Assembly (NCBI GenBank): GCA_945939115.1
Contig: CAMEVC010000011.1
Location: 7,509 to 71,508 of the forward strand
Length of the DNA: 64,000 bases
Reading direction: 5' to 3'
Source of the DNA: an uncultured Eubacterium sp.
Lineage (GTDB): Bacteria; Bacillota; Clostridia; Lachnospirales; Lachnospiraceae
This document shows positions 38,996 to 48,439 of this stretch, piece by piece. Under the pieces are notes generated by a model. The model did not search any database and had not been told where the DNA came from. It was given only the letters and a program-made list of their open reading frames with translations. A program made the position numbers and the translations under genes. The first letter of the stretch is position 1; every line of letters starts with the position of its first letter.

Positions 38996-39873
38996 TGGAT
39001 CAGGCAGAAAATCTTCGCAATATAATTAAAAGACAGAATCAGAAGGATGTGACTAACGCCAGAGTAATAGCTGTTACAAGCGGAAAAGGCGGGGTTGGTA
39101 AGTCGAGCGTTTCTATTAATCTGGCTATACAGTTTACCAAGATGGGAAAGAAAGTTATTATACTTGATGCAGATTTCGGGCTTGCCAATATTGAGGTCAT
39201 GTTTGGAGTTATCCCTAAATATAATCTGAGTGACCTTATGTTTTCGGGAAAGGAACTGAAGGATATAATTACTGATGGTCCGGAAGGGGTGCGGTTTATA
39301 TCGGGAGGTTCTGGCATTGCAAAGCTTGTTAATCTCGATAAAGAACAGGTCAAGAGGCTGGTAAACAAATTATCTGAACTGGAGAATATGGCGGATATCA
39401 TAATAATTGATACAGGAGCAGGCATATCTCCGACAGTTATGGAATTCCTTGTGGCAAGTCCGGAGACTATTATTGTCACAACGCCGGAACCAACATCAAT
39501 AACAGATTCTTATGCGCTTCTAAAAGCTCTTACAATGCATGAGAATTTCAGAAAAAGTGAAGCGAGAATAAAAATGATTGCAAACAGGGTTTCATCTGAA
39601 AATGAGGGACGCAATCTCTATGAGAAGCTAAATATGGTTGTAATGAAATTCCTCGATATTAACATTGAATATCTTGGGATAATTCCGCAGGATAATAATA
39701 TTATTAAGGCAGTGATGAAACAGAAACCTGTCTCACTGATATATCCAAATGCGGTATCTACAAGACACTTTGAAGAAATATCAGAAAGAATTATGAATGG
39801 TGGTGCTGATATACCTGTTTATAGAAGAGGCATCCGTGGTTACCTGAAATCTGTTTTTGCTAAAAACTTATGA
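38992..39873 (+). CDS. flhG: MinD/ParA-type ATPase FlhG (YlxH/FleN)
   Basis: Deviant Walker A SGKGGVGKSS, IILDAD, IIIDTGAG. Follows flhF with a 4-nt overlap. Confidence 0.9.
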   Translation: MMDQAENLRNIIKRQNQKDVTNARVIAVTSGKGGVGKSSVSINLAIQFTKMGKKVIILDADFGLANIEVMFGVIPKYNLSDLMFSGKELKDIITDGPEGVRFISGGSGIAKLVNLDKEQVKRLVNKLSELENMADIIIIDTGAGISPTVMEFLVASPETIIVTTPEPTSITDSYALLKALTMHENFRKSEARIKMIANRVSSENEGRNLYEKLNMVVMKFLDINIEYLGIIPQDNNIIKAVMKQKPVSLIYPNAVSTRHFEEISERIMNGGADIPVYRRGIRGYLKSVFAKNL

Positions 39874-39886
39874 TAAATGAGGTGAA

Positions 39887-40609
39887 ATGATGTTTGAGCC
39901 ACTTGTTGTTGGAGGAAAAGTAGAAGTCTTTAATAAAAACAGACATGTCAGCGATGATATGGATGATAAAGAGATGTTCTTAAGCCAGATAATTGATTTA
40001 AAAGATGACAGTATCATATGTACAATGCCTGTAAGTAAGGGAAAGCTTATAGTTCTTGAAACTGGTACATTGTTAGAAGCATTTTTCTACGCAGGAAAGA
40101 ATGTATACCGGGCGGACTGTGTTATCCGTTCAAGAGGCAAGGAGGGTAATATATTTACCATGGAGCTGGAATTAAAATCTTCCCTCGTTAAATTTCAGAG
40201 AAGAGAGTACTTTAGACTTGAATGTACTATTCAGGCAGATGTTATTACCTTAACTGATGATGAGAAAAAGGAGTTTATAGATACCGGAAAAGTCCCGGTC
40301 AATCTTCTGATGTCCGAGGATAAAGGTGTTATTGTGGATATAAGCGGCGGAGGACTCAGGCTTTTTTCAAAGAAACAGTTTGAACAGGGCTCTATTGTAA
40401 ATATAATTTTTACAATTAATGTCAATGGAAAAGAAAAAAAGATGAGTCTGGCTGCCAAAGTGGTTCTTTCTGTGCTGGGACAGAATTACGATAATGTCTA
40501 TGACAATAGAATGCAGTTTGTTAATATAAGAAAAGAAGATACTGATGTTATTGTTAAATATGTTTTTGCGCAGCAGAGATTGATGCAGCAAAGAGAAAGG
40601 GGGCTCTAA
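39887..40609 (+). CDS. PilZ-domain c-di-GMP receptor, YcgR/MotI-type flagellar brake candidate
   Basis: RxxxR motif in QRREYFR (aa 104-110, nt 40196-40216) and D-x-S-x-x-G in DISGGGLR (aa 151-158, nt 40337-40360). An N-terminal ~100-aa beta-rich PilZN-like part precedes them. Confidence 0.8.
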   Translation: MMFEPLVVGGKVEVFNKNRHVSDDMDDKEMFLSQIIDLKDDSIICTMPVSKGKLIVLETGTLLEAFFYAGKNVYRADCVIRSRGKEGNIFTMELELKSSLVKFQRREYFRLECTIQADVITLTDDEKKEFIDTGKVPVNLLMSEDKGVIVDISGGGLRLFSKKQFEQGSIVNIIFTINVNGKEKKMSLAAKVVLSVLGQNYDNVYDNRMQFVNIRKEDTDVIVKYVFAQQRLMQQRERGL

Positions 40610-40610
40610 A

Positions 40611-41822
40611 GTGGCAAAAAAAATACTTGTTATAGATGATTCTGCACTCATGAGAAGAGTTATATCTGATATAATAAACGAAAGTAATGAGTACGAAGTA
40701 GCTGCAATCGCTAAGGATGGCGTTGAGGGCTTTGACATGATTGTGTCGAATCCTAATTTGTATAGTGCAATTATTCTTGATATTAATATGCCGAAGATGA
40801 ATGGTCTGGAGCTGTTAAGAAATCTTCAGAAGAATCATATTGAGCAGACGGTTATTGTTGTAAGTACAGTGGCTAAAGAGGGTGCTAAGGAAACTATTCA
40901 GGCATTGGAATATGGTGCTTTTGATTTTGTTACAAAGCCGGAGAATTACTTTGAAACAAAGGGTGATAATTTCAAACAGCGCATATACAATATGCTCAAT
41001 GTTGCAACTAATACTAAAGCGTCATTAGAAAGAACGGGAGGAATATCTAAACCTTCAACAACTGGTTCTTTTGGCAGCAGACTTCCTAAAGGGTCTACGG
41101 TTATTGGCAAGACTTCTTTTTCCGGGACAGATAAGCAGGCGTCCGGAGCCGCTGTCTCAGCCCTGAGGAAAAGAAATGAGCAGAATGAAACTGTTCCACA
41201 GAAGGTTAATCCATCAAGATTCCTTAATATTAAGAGTGGAAGCAGGAAAATTGTTGCTCTGGCGTGCTCTACAGGCGGACCGAAATCATTGCAGCAGGTA
41301 ATACCTATGCTTCCTAAGAATCTGGATGCAGGAATTGTCCTTGTACAACATATGCCGGCTGGATTTACAGCATCTCTGGCAGCCAGACTTAATGAGATAA
41401 GCGATATCAGGGTTAAGGAAGGCGCAGACGGAGATATTATAGAGAAGGGCTGTGTATATATAGCACCGGGTGGAAAACACATGACAGTGGCAAGAAGTGG
41501 CTCTGATTACGCAATTAAGATTAGTGAAGAGCCTCCGGTGGAAGGATTAAGACCATGTGCCAACATAATGTATAAGTCTTTGGTTAACTGCAATTTTGAC
41601 GAGATTACATGTGTTGTACTTACAGGAATGGGAGCAGATGGTACAGAAGGAATAAAGACACTTTCTTCCAGCCGAAAGAAAATTCATGTTATTGCTCAGG
41701 ATGAAGACAGCAGTGTTGTTTATGGTATGCCTAAGGCGATAGCAAATGCAGGTCTGGTTGATGAGGTGGTTCCTTTGGACAAGATAGCAGAAACTATAAC
41801 GAAGAATGTGGGGGTATCTTAA
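40611..41822 (+). CDS. cheB: Chemotaxis response regulator protein-glutamate methylesterase CheB
   Basis: GTG start. Receiver domain (ILVIDDSALMR, IILDINMPKMNG, FDFVTKP). Catalytic domain (ALACSTGGPKSL, VQHMPAGFT, TGMGADG). The inter-domain linker is unusually long (~78 aa) and S/T/G/K-rich. Confidence 0.93.
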   Translation: MAKKILVIDDSALMRRVISDIINESNEYEVAAIAKDGVEGFDMIVSNPNLYSAIILDINMPKMNGLELLRNLQKNHIEQTVIVVSTVAKEGAKETIQALEYGAFDFVTKPENYFETKGDNFKQRIYNMLNVATNTKASLERTGGISKPSTTGSFGSRLPKGSTVIGKTSFSGTDKQASGAAVSALRKRNEQNETVPQKVNPSRFLNIKSGSRKIVALACSTGGPKSLQQVIPMLPKNLDAGIVLVQHMPAGFTASLAARLNEISDIRVKEGADGDIIEKGCVYIAPGGKHMTVARSGSDYAIKISEEPPVEGLRPCANIMYKSLVNCNFDEITCVVLTGMGADGTEGIKTLSSSRKKIHVIAQDEDSSVVYGMPKAIANAGLVDEVVPLDKIAETITKNVGVS

Positions 41823-41823
41823 G

Positions 41824-43953
41824 ATGGATGTAAGCCAGTATTTAGAGATATTTATTGATGAATCTAATGAACATTTGCAGAACTTAAGTGATGGTATTAT
41901 GGTTCTGGAGAAAGAACCGGACAACAGTGATACTATCAACGAGATTTTCCGTGCAGCCCATTCCCTTAAGGGTATGGCTGGTACTATGGGTTATAAGAGA
42001 ATGCAGAATCTTACCCATGATATGGAAAATGTATTTTCAGAGGTTCGCAATGGCAATATTAAGGTTGACTCAAGAATGGTTGACGTTTTATTCCAGTGCC
42101 TTGATGCACTTGAACAGTATGTTAATAACATTCAGGAGACATCTGATGAGGGTACTGATGATAATGAACCTATAATCAAAGCTCTTAACTCATTCATTGT
42201 CAATAATGAAGATAAGGGTAAGATACCGGAAGAGCCTAAGAAGGAAGAGGCACCTAAGAGTGAAAACGCTGAACAGAGTGGAACAGAAGAGGCTGGTTTA
42301 AGTACATTTGCTAAATATAATAATATTTCCTTTGCTGATTTTGAAAAGAATGCAGTCAATGAAGCTTTAGGAAAGAACATGAAAGTGTTCATAATTAAGG
42401 TTACAGTTGATGAGAACTGTATTCTTAAGGCTGCGAGAGCATTTCTTGTGTTCAAGAATCTTGAAGGTCACTGTGATATTATTAAGGCTGAACCATCTGC
42501 ACAGGATATTGAAGATGAGAAATTTGACCTTGATTTCAGCATTGTTGTTGTCACAGAGGAAAGCTACGAAGCAATAACAGCTATTATCAAGAATGTTTCT
42601 GAGATAAAGGATGCTTCAGGAGAAGCAATTACTGTTCCGTTTGAAGATGCGGAAGAGGAGGAGAAGGAAGAGAAGAAGGAGCAGGAAGAGAAGGAAGAAA
42701 AGAAAGAAGAAACTCCTGCAAATACTTCGAAGCCGGCTCCGGCAGCCAAGAAACAGGCTCCTGCTGCTACTAATAACAAAGCATCTAAGACAGTCAGCCA
42801 TACTGTAAGAGTTGATATTGAAAAGCTTGATGTGCTTATGAATCTTGTCAGCGAGCTTATTATTGCCAAGAACGGACTTGTCTCTGCGAGTGTAGCTGAA
42901 GATGGAACAACTTCTGTTAATCAGAAGTTCGGAGAGCAGATTGAATATCTTGAGAGAGTAACTACTAATCTTCATGAATCTGTAATGAAGGTCAGAATGA
43001 TGCCAATTGAGAGCGTATTTGCAAAGTATCCTAGAATGATAAGGGATCTTAACAAGAAGCTTGATAAGAAGATGGAACTTTATATGTCTGGTGAAGAGAC
43101 AGAGCTTGACAGAACTGTAATTGATGAGATTGGTGATCCTATCATGCATCTGTTAAGAAATTCAGCGGATCATGGTCTTGAGAGTGCAGAAGTGAGAGCG
43201 GAGAGAGGTAAACCTGAGGTTGGTTCAATCTGGCTTGACGCATATCAGGAAGGTAATAACGTTGTCATTGAAGTCAGAGATGATGGTAATGGTATTGATG
43301 TTGAGAAGGTTAAACAGAAAGCGATTGAGAAGGGAAGCCTGACTCAGGAGCAGGCAGATGCCCTTACAGAGAAAGAGGCTATTGACCTTCTGTTCAGACC
43401 AAGCTTTTCAACATCAGACAAGGTTACAGATGTATCTGGACGAGGTGTTGGACTTGATGTTGTTAAGTCTAAGATTGAGGCACTTGGTGGCGATGTAGAA
43501 GTTAAAACAAAATACGGCGAAGGAAGTACATTCAGTATCAGGCTTCCACTTACACTTGCTATTATCCAGGCACTTATGGTTAAGGTTGGCAATGAGAAAT
43601 ATGCTATTTCTCTTGGCTCAATCGAAACTATTGAAGATGTACCGGTAAGTGAAATTAAATATGTACATGCTAAAGAGGTTATAAGCCTACGTGGCAATGT
43701 AATACCACTTATCAGACTTAGAGAACTTCTCGATATTCCGGGAGAAACAGAGGAGACTGATAATGTAGTTATTGTAATAGTAAGAAAAGGTGACAGACTT
43801 GCCGGACTTGTTGTTGACAGTCTTATTGGACAGATGGAAATTGTTATTAAGTCACTTGGTAAGTTCATTAATATTAATCGAATGATAAGTGGAGCAACTA
43901 TCCTAGGAGATGGTTCAGTAGCCCTTATTATCGATGCCAATACACTTGTATAG
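41824..43953 (+). CDS. cheA: Chemotaxis histidine kinase CheA
   Basis: HPt domain with FRAAHSLKGMAG, dimerisation domain VRVDIEKLDVLMNLVSELII, HATPase motifs (HLLRNSADHG, DDGNGID, GRGVGLDVV) and a CheW-like C-terminal domain. ATG 41824 follows GGGGG (track start 41806). Confidence 0.96.
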   Translation: MDVSQYLEIFIDESNEHLQNLSDGIMVLEKEPDNSDTINEIFRAAHSLKGMAGTMGYKRMQNLTHDMENVFSEVRNGNIKVDSRMVDVLFQCLDALEQYVNNIQETSDEGTDDNEPIIKALNSFIVNNEDKGKIPEEPKKEEAPKSENAEQSGTEEAGLSTFAKYNNISFADFEKNAVNEALGKNMKVFIIKVTVDENCILKAARAFLVFKNLEGHCDIIKAEPSAQDIEDEKFDLDFSIVVVTEESYEAITAIIKNVSEIKDASGEAITVPFEDAEEEEKEEKKEQEEKEEKKEETPANTSKPAPAAKKQAPAATNNKASKTVSHTVRVDIEKLDVLMNLVSELIIAKNGLVSASVAEDGTTSVNQKFGEQIEYLERVTTNLHESVMKVRMMPIESVFAKYPRMIRDLNKKLDKKMELYMSGEETELDRTVIDEIGDPIMHLLRNSADHGLESAEVRAERGKPEVGSIWLDAYQEGNNVVIEVRDDGNGIDVEKVKQKAIEKGSLTQEQADALTEKEAIDLLFRPSFSTSDKVTDVSGRGVGLDVVKSKIEALGGDVEVKTKYGEGSTFSIRLPLTLAIIQALMVKVGNEKYAISLGSIETIEDVPVSEIKYVHAKEVISLRGNVIPLIRLRELLDIPGETEETDNVVIVIVRKGDRLAGLVVDSLIGQMEIVIKSLGKFININRMISGATILGDGSVALIIDANTLV

Positions 43954-43964
43954 AGGAGGAATGT

Positions 43965-44441
43965 ATGATGGAAAATATTAATGCAATAGAAGATAAGAAT
44001 GTGGAAGCAACAACGTCTGTACAATATATAGTTGTCCAAATTGGTAATGAACAGTACGGAATTGATATCAAATATATCGAGAATATTGTCAGAAGCCAGA
44101 AGATAACAAGAGTACCTAAGGCTCAGCCATATTTCAGAGGCGTAATTAACCTTAGAGGCGAGATATGTCCTATTATGAGTATGAGAATAAAGCTTGCGCT
44201 TGAACCGGATGTTATAACTGATAAGACAAGATTTATTATTGTTAAGGTTGATGGGGCATCAATTGGAGTTATTGTTGACCAGGTTAAAGAAGTTGTAACT
44301 CTTGAAGAGGAAAACATTGAACATGTTGACAAAACAACCAACAGTGATGCAATTACCAATTATATTAATGCAATTGGAAAGAAGGATGGACAATTGATTT
44401 CACTTCTGGATATTGTAAGTCTTGTTGTTGAGAATAATTAA
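43965..44441 (+). CDS. cheW: Chemotaxis coupling protein CheW
   Basis: 158 aa; YIVVQIGNEQYGIDIKYI..., GVINLRGEI.PI. is the typical CheW fold signature. Confidence 0.93.
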   Translation: MMENINAIEDKNVEATTSVQYIVVQIGNEQYGIDIKYIENIVRSQKITRVPKAQPYFRGVINLRGEICPIMSMRIKLALEPDVITDKTRFIIVKVDGASIGVIVDQVKEVVTLEEENIEHVDKTTNSDAITNYINAIGKKDGQLISLLDIVSLVVENN

Positions 44442-44457
44442 TGTTTGAGGTGAAGGT

Positions 44458-45084
44458 ATGTCAAAGATCAATTTAAATGAGCTTAACGAGATACAGTATG
44501 ATGTGCTTAGGGAAATAGGCAATATAGGCGCCGGTAATGCAACAACAGCTCTTTCACAGATGCTGAACCAGAAGATGGATATGTCAGTTCCTAAAGTTGC
44601 ATTGGTTCCATTTAATGAGATATCAGAGATAATGGGGCCTGAAGACCAGACGGTTGTCGGTATTCTTCTCGGATTTGAGGGTGATATTTACGGGATGATG
44701 ATGTTTTTATTTGATACCAAGTCTGCTCATCATCTTGCGAATGCTCTTATGATGCAGGATAGAGAAACAGGAGTTGACAGCGGTGCAGATTTTTCTGAAA
44801 TGGAGATGTCTGCACTGAAAGAGATAGGCAATATCGTTTCAGGTTCTTATCTTACAGCGATATCAAAGCTTACTACTCTTAAGATGATATCTACGATTCC
44901 AGAAATGACTATTGATATGATTGGCGCACTCTTAAGTGTTCCGGCATCAGAGTTTGGAAAGTACGGAGATAAACTTTTACTTATACAGTCGCAGTTTGGA
45001 GAGATGGATTTTGTTAATGGATATTTTCTTATGATTCCAGAACTGGAGTCATATGATAAGTTACTTGATTCATTGGGTGTTTAG
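44458..45084 (+). CDS. cheC: CheY-P phosphatase CheC
   Basis: Duplicated motifs DVLREIGNIGAGNATTALS and SALKEIGNIVSGSYLTAIS (the D/S-x3-E-x2-N pattern). Confidence 0.9.
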   Translation: MSKINLNELNEIQYDVLREIGNIGAGNATTALSQMLNQKMDMSVPKVALVPFNEISEIMGPEDQTVVGILLGFEGDIYGMMMFLFDTKSAHHLANALMMQDRETGVDSGADFSEMEMSALKEIGNIVSGSYLTAISKLTTLKMISTIPEMTIDMIGALLSVPASEFGKYGDKLLLIQSQFGEMDFVNGYFLMIPELESYDKLLDSLGV

Positions 45085-45108
45085 ATTTTTGTGAAAAGAG
45101 TTACGGAT

Positions 45109-45594
45109 ATGGGAGAAATGATAAAGGTTGGTATGGCGGACTTGAAAGCATGTAAATGTCCTGATGCCCTTACAACCTTAGGGCTGGGCTCTTGCGTTGG
45201 AGTCGCACTTTATGATCCGGTAACAAAAGTGAGCGGACTGCTTCATTGTATGTTACCGGACAGCACCCAGTTTAGGAATAATTCTAACATTGCCAAATTT
45301 GCTGATACAGGGATAGATGAACTTATCAGGCAGATGAGACTTCTAGGTGCTAGTGAGAATAGAATAGTTGCCAAGATTGCTGGTGGGGCACAGATGTTTG
45401 CCAATAAGACAAACAATGATGCATTAAGAGTAGGAGAACGTAATTCTGATGCGGTCAGAAACAAGCTTAAGAACTTAAATATAAGGCTTATTTCAGAAGA
45501 TTGTGGTCAGAGCTATGGAAGAACTGTAGAGTTCTATTCTGAAACAGGAGACTATATTATTAAAGCAGTAGGGAAAGCGCCGAAGACTATATAG
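45109..45594 (+). CDS. cheD: Chemoreceptor glutamine deamidase CheD
   Basis: LGSCVGVALYD (catalytic Cys), SGLLHCMLP, AKIAGGAQMF. The start is uncertain (GTG 45091, ATG 45109 or ATG 45118). Confidence 0.88.
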   Translation: MGEMIKVGMADLKACKCPDALTTLGLGSCVGVALYDPVTKVSGLLHCMLPDSTQFRNNSNIAKFADTGIDELIRQMRLLGASENRIVAKIAGGAQMFANKTNNDALRVGERNSDAVRNKLKNLNIRLISEDCGQSYGRTVEFYSETGDYIIKAVGKAPKTI

Positions 45595-45623
45595 TTTTTA
45601 AGTTATCTGTGAATGGAGGCTTT

Positions 45624-45896
45624 ATGAATAAGTTCAGAAATTTGCCAGCTGTTATTACTCTTCTGGCGGGATTTATAACCAGTGTGATTATGATTTTGCA
45701 TAGATACTCACTGGTTAATTTTATGTGGATTTTAGTGTGTACTATGCTTGTTTTCTATATGTGCGGGGTAATAATCAGATTTGCCCTGAACAAGGTTGTA
45801 CGCAAGACAGAAGACAAGAATAGAGATAAAACAGAAGATGAGGAGCCGGAAGAAGATGGTGAGACATCTGATGATGAAGAGAATGCAGAGAAATAA
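45624..45896 (+). CDS. Small two-TM membrane protein with highly acidic tail (90 aa), unknown function
   Basis: ATG 45624 follows AATGGAGGC. Two hydrophobic spans (LPAVITLLAGFITSVIMIL; FMWILVCTMLVFYMCGVIIRFAL) are followed by KTEDKNRDKTEDEEPEEDGETSDDEENAEK. Wedged between cheD and sigD. Confidence 0.6.
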   Translation: MNKFRNLPAVITLLAGFITSVIMILHRYSLVNFMWILVCTMLVFYMCGVIIRFALNKVVRKTEDKNRDKTEDEEPEEDGETSDDEENAEK

Positions 45897-45993
45897 TATT
45901 CTTTTTAGTGGCTTTTAGCCGGTTGATATGATATTATTTTTATGTATTTTTATATGCAATTACACTTATTTGATTATTTTGGGGGCACTGACC

Positions 45994-46752
45994 ATGGACG
46001 AGGCGGGCAGAGATAAACTGTGGAAGAATTACATAGCTACCAGGAGTACAGAGTACCGGGATGAACTGATTGTTGAATATGCACAGCTTGTTAAGCTGGT
46101 TGCCGGAAGACTCAATATGTATCTTGGATATAATGTGGAGTATGATGATCTTGTCGGTTATGGAATATTTGGACTTATTGATGCTATTGATAAGTTCGAT
46201 TATGGCAAGAATGTCAAGTTTGAGACATATGCAAGTCTGAGAATCAGAGGGGCAATTCTGGACCAGATCAGGAAAATGGACTGGATACCAAGGTCTCTGA
46301 GACAGAAACAGAAGCGTATAGATGCAGCTATGGCTAAGATAGAAAGTGAGACGGGGCATATTGCCAGTGATGAGGAACTGGCGAAAGAACTCGGGATTAC
46401 TATAGATGAACTCACGGACTGGCAGGGGAAGATGAAGGCTTCTAATCTTATTTCACTTGATGAGTATACAGAAGCAGGAAGTGAAGTTAAGATGGAATCT
46501 GTTGGTAATTCACATTTTGACCAGCCGGAGGATGCAGTTGAGAAAGAAGAACTTAAGAAAATGATGGTTAAGGCGATTGATTCTCTTACAGAAAAGGAGA
46601 GAAGTGTTGTTGTCTTATACTATTATGAGGAGATGACTCTGAAGGAAATCAGTCTGACGCTGGAAGTGTCAGAATCAAGAGTTTCACAGCTCCATACCAA
46701 GGCCTTAAACAAGATGAAGAAAATACTGGGAGATTATGTATTTTCACTTTGA
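45994..46752 (+). CDS. sigD: Flagellar RNA polymerase sigma-28 factor SigD/FliA
   Basis: Region 2 (DLVGYGIFGLIDAIDKFD..., FETYASLRIRGAILD), region 3, and the region 4 HTH (MTLKEISLTLEVSESRVSQLHTKAL). ATG 45994 follows GGGGG. The upstream part of the track ORF (45928) is hydrophobic junk. Confidence 0.93.
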   Translation: MDEAGRDKLWKNYIATRSTEYRDELIVEYAQLVKLVAGRLNMYLGYNVEYDDLVGYGIFGLIDAIDKFDYGKNVKFETYASLRIRGAILDQIRKMDWIPRSLRQKQKRIDAAMAKIESETGHIASDEELAKELGITIDELTDWQGKMKASNLISLDEYTEAGSEVKMESVGNSHFDQPEDAVEKEELKKMMVKAIDSLTEKERSVVVLYYYEEMTLKEISLTLEVSESRVSQLHTKALNKMKKILGDYVFSL

Positions 46753-46793
46753 TTAAGAAGTTTTGGAATCAATAATGAGAGGAAATTAAATAT

Positions 46794-48401
46794 ATGATTA
46801 ATAATTGTACAACAGGATATTTTCAATTTGATTCCAGACCGGATGGTTTATATCTGTTAGTTTTTCCACCAGCCAATGGGGGAAGAACTGCCAATATAGA
46901 TGATGTTATGTACTATATTGATAAGAAGAAGATACCATGTGATATAGTTAAGGTTAACGAAGCTGTTAAACTTGGAAAAAACAGCCAGTCTGAAATCAAG
47001 GTCTCAGAGGAAAATGTTCATCCTTTTGCTGAATTTGGAGATTACCGTATAAGTGCAGACTGCATGAGAGTGGAAGTTATATTTTATCCGCCATTTGTAG
47101 GTGCTGATATGTTAAGTTCTGATGAAATTGTTAAGGATTTACAGTATCTTGGCATCAAGAATGGTATAGACATGGATGCAATTGGAGAGTTTCTTAACAA
47201 TCGTGAATATGGAAAGTCATATTATGTAGCGCAGGGTACTGCTCCAAGAGAAGGTGCGGACGGATATATTGAATATCAATTTAACACTGATCTTAAACCA
47301 AGACCTAAGATGAATGACGATGGAACAGTGGATTTCCATACTTTAGAGAATATTAATCACATCAGTAAAGGTGATGTTGTAGCTGTTTTGCATAAGGAAG
47401 ATCCGGGTGATGACGGTGTTGATGTTCTTGGAAGAAGAGTTGCACCAAGAAAGGTTAAACGTGTTATTTTCAGACATGGAAGGAACCTCACACAGTCAGA
47501 GGATGGCACACAGCTTATATCTCAGGTGAGTGGTCATGTAGTTCTGGAGGATGATAAAGTATTTGTGTCGAATGTATTGGAGCTTGTTGATGTGGATAAT
47601 TCGACCGGAGATATTGATTATGATGGAGATGTTTCAATTAAAGGAAATGTTCTTGCCGGATTTACGGTAAAAGCATCAGGTGATATTACAGTCAGCGGTA
47701 TTGTTGAAGGCGCCACAGTTATTGCCGGAGGTTCAATTACATTTAACAGGGGAATACAGGGCATGAATAAGGCTGTGATTAAAGCCGGAGGTAATATTGT
47801 ATCCAAATTTATCGAGAGTGCTGAAAGTGTTACAGCGGGTGGAAGTATTGAAACAGATTCTATCCTGCACAGTAATGTGTCAGCTAAGAATGCGATTAAG
47901 GCATCAGGACGAAACGGACTTATTATAGGTGGGGAAGTTAAGTCGGTGTTTATGATAGAGGCAAAGACTATCGGTAATTCCATGGGAACTAACACGACAG
48001 TGGGGGTAGGTGTTAATCCTGCGATGAAACGAAGGGTTGATGAATTGAAAAACAGTCTTGGAAAGCTTGGAGATAATAAAATCAGACTTAATCAGGTTCT
48101 TGCAGCTTTGAGAAAGAAACAGGAGACGGAAGGAAGTCTTGATGCGGACAAGCACGAGCTTCAGACGAAAACTATGCGCAATGTTATTATGATTGAGCAG
48201 GAAATAAACAAGCAGAAGAAGGAACTGGAAGAACTCAGGGGACAGCTTGGAGAAGAAAAGAATGCGTGCATTAAAGTATACGATGCAGCTTATGTGGGAG
48301 TTAAGCTTGTCTTTGGAGACCAGTGTATGTTCCTGAAAGAGAAATATGATTATTGTCAGTTTGTCAAGGAAGGTGCAGATATAAAGTGCTCATCTTTGTA
48401 G
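46794..48401 (+). CDS. DUF342/FapA-like (flagellar assembly protein A family) protein
   Basis: 535 aa. The N-terminal domain has DGLYLLVFPP. The central part has repetitive beta-helix-like G-x-[IV] repeats (GDVSIKGNVLAGFTVKASGDITVSGIVEGATVIAGGSITF...). A C-terminal coiled coil follows (INKQKKELEELRGQLGE), then VYDAAYVGVKLVFGD. This architecture is as I recall it for DUF342. Confidence 0.7.
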   Translation: MINNCTTGYFQFDSRPDGLYLLVFPPANGGRTANIDDVMYYIDKKKIPCDIVKVNEAVKLGKNSQSEIKVSEENVHPFAEFGDYRISADCMRVEVIFYPPFVGADMLSSDEIVKDLQYLGIKNGIDMDAIGEFLNNREYGKSYYVAQGTAPREGADGYIEYQFNTDLKPRPKMNDDGTVDFHTLENINHISKGDVVAVLHKEDPGDDGVDVLGRRVAPRKVKRVIFRHGRNLTQSEDGTQLISQVSGHVVLEDDKVFVSNVLELVDVDNSTGDIDYDGDVSIKGNVLAGFTVKASGDITVSGIVEGATVIAGGSITFNRGIQGMNKAVIKAGGNIVSKFIESAESVTAGGSIETDSILHSNVSAKNAIKASGRNGLIIGGEVKSVFMIEAKTIGNSMGTNTTVGVGVNPAMKRRVDELKNSLGKLGDNKIRLNQVLAALRKKQETEGSLDADKHELQTKTMRNVIMIEQEINKQKKELEELRGQLGEEKNACIKVYDAAYVGVKLVFGDQCMFLKEKYDYCQFVKEGADIKCSSL

Positions 48402-48439
48402 AATGCAGAATATTGATTCGTTCATAAGGGAGGTCAGTT

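Noticed and set aside
42645-42712. Purine-only GAA/GAG/AAG tract that looks like a simple-sequence repeat.
   Set aside because: It is in frame within cheA and encodes an E/K-rich flexible linker (EEEEKEEKKEQEEKEEKKEE) between the P2-like region and the dimerisation domain. It has no exact repeat unit, so I treat it as a low-complexity coding feature rather than a regulatory or phase-variable repeat.
45897-45993. TTGATA at ~45923 upstream of sigD, considered as a dedicated sigD promoter.
   Set aside because: No acceptable -10 hexamer lies at 16-18 nt spacing (TATTTT or ATTTTT only).
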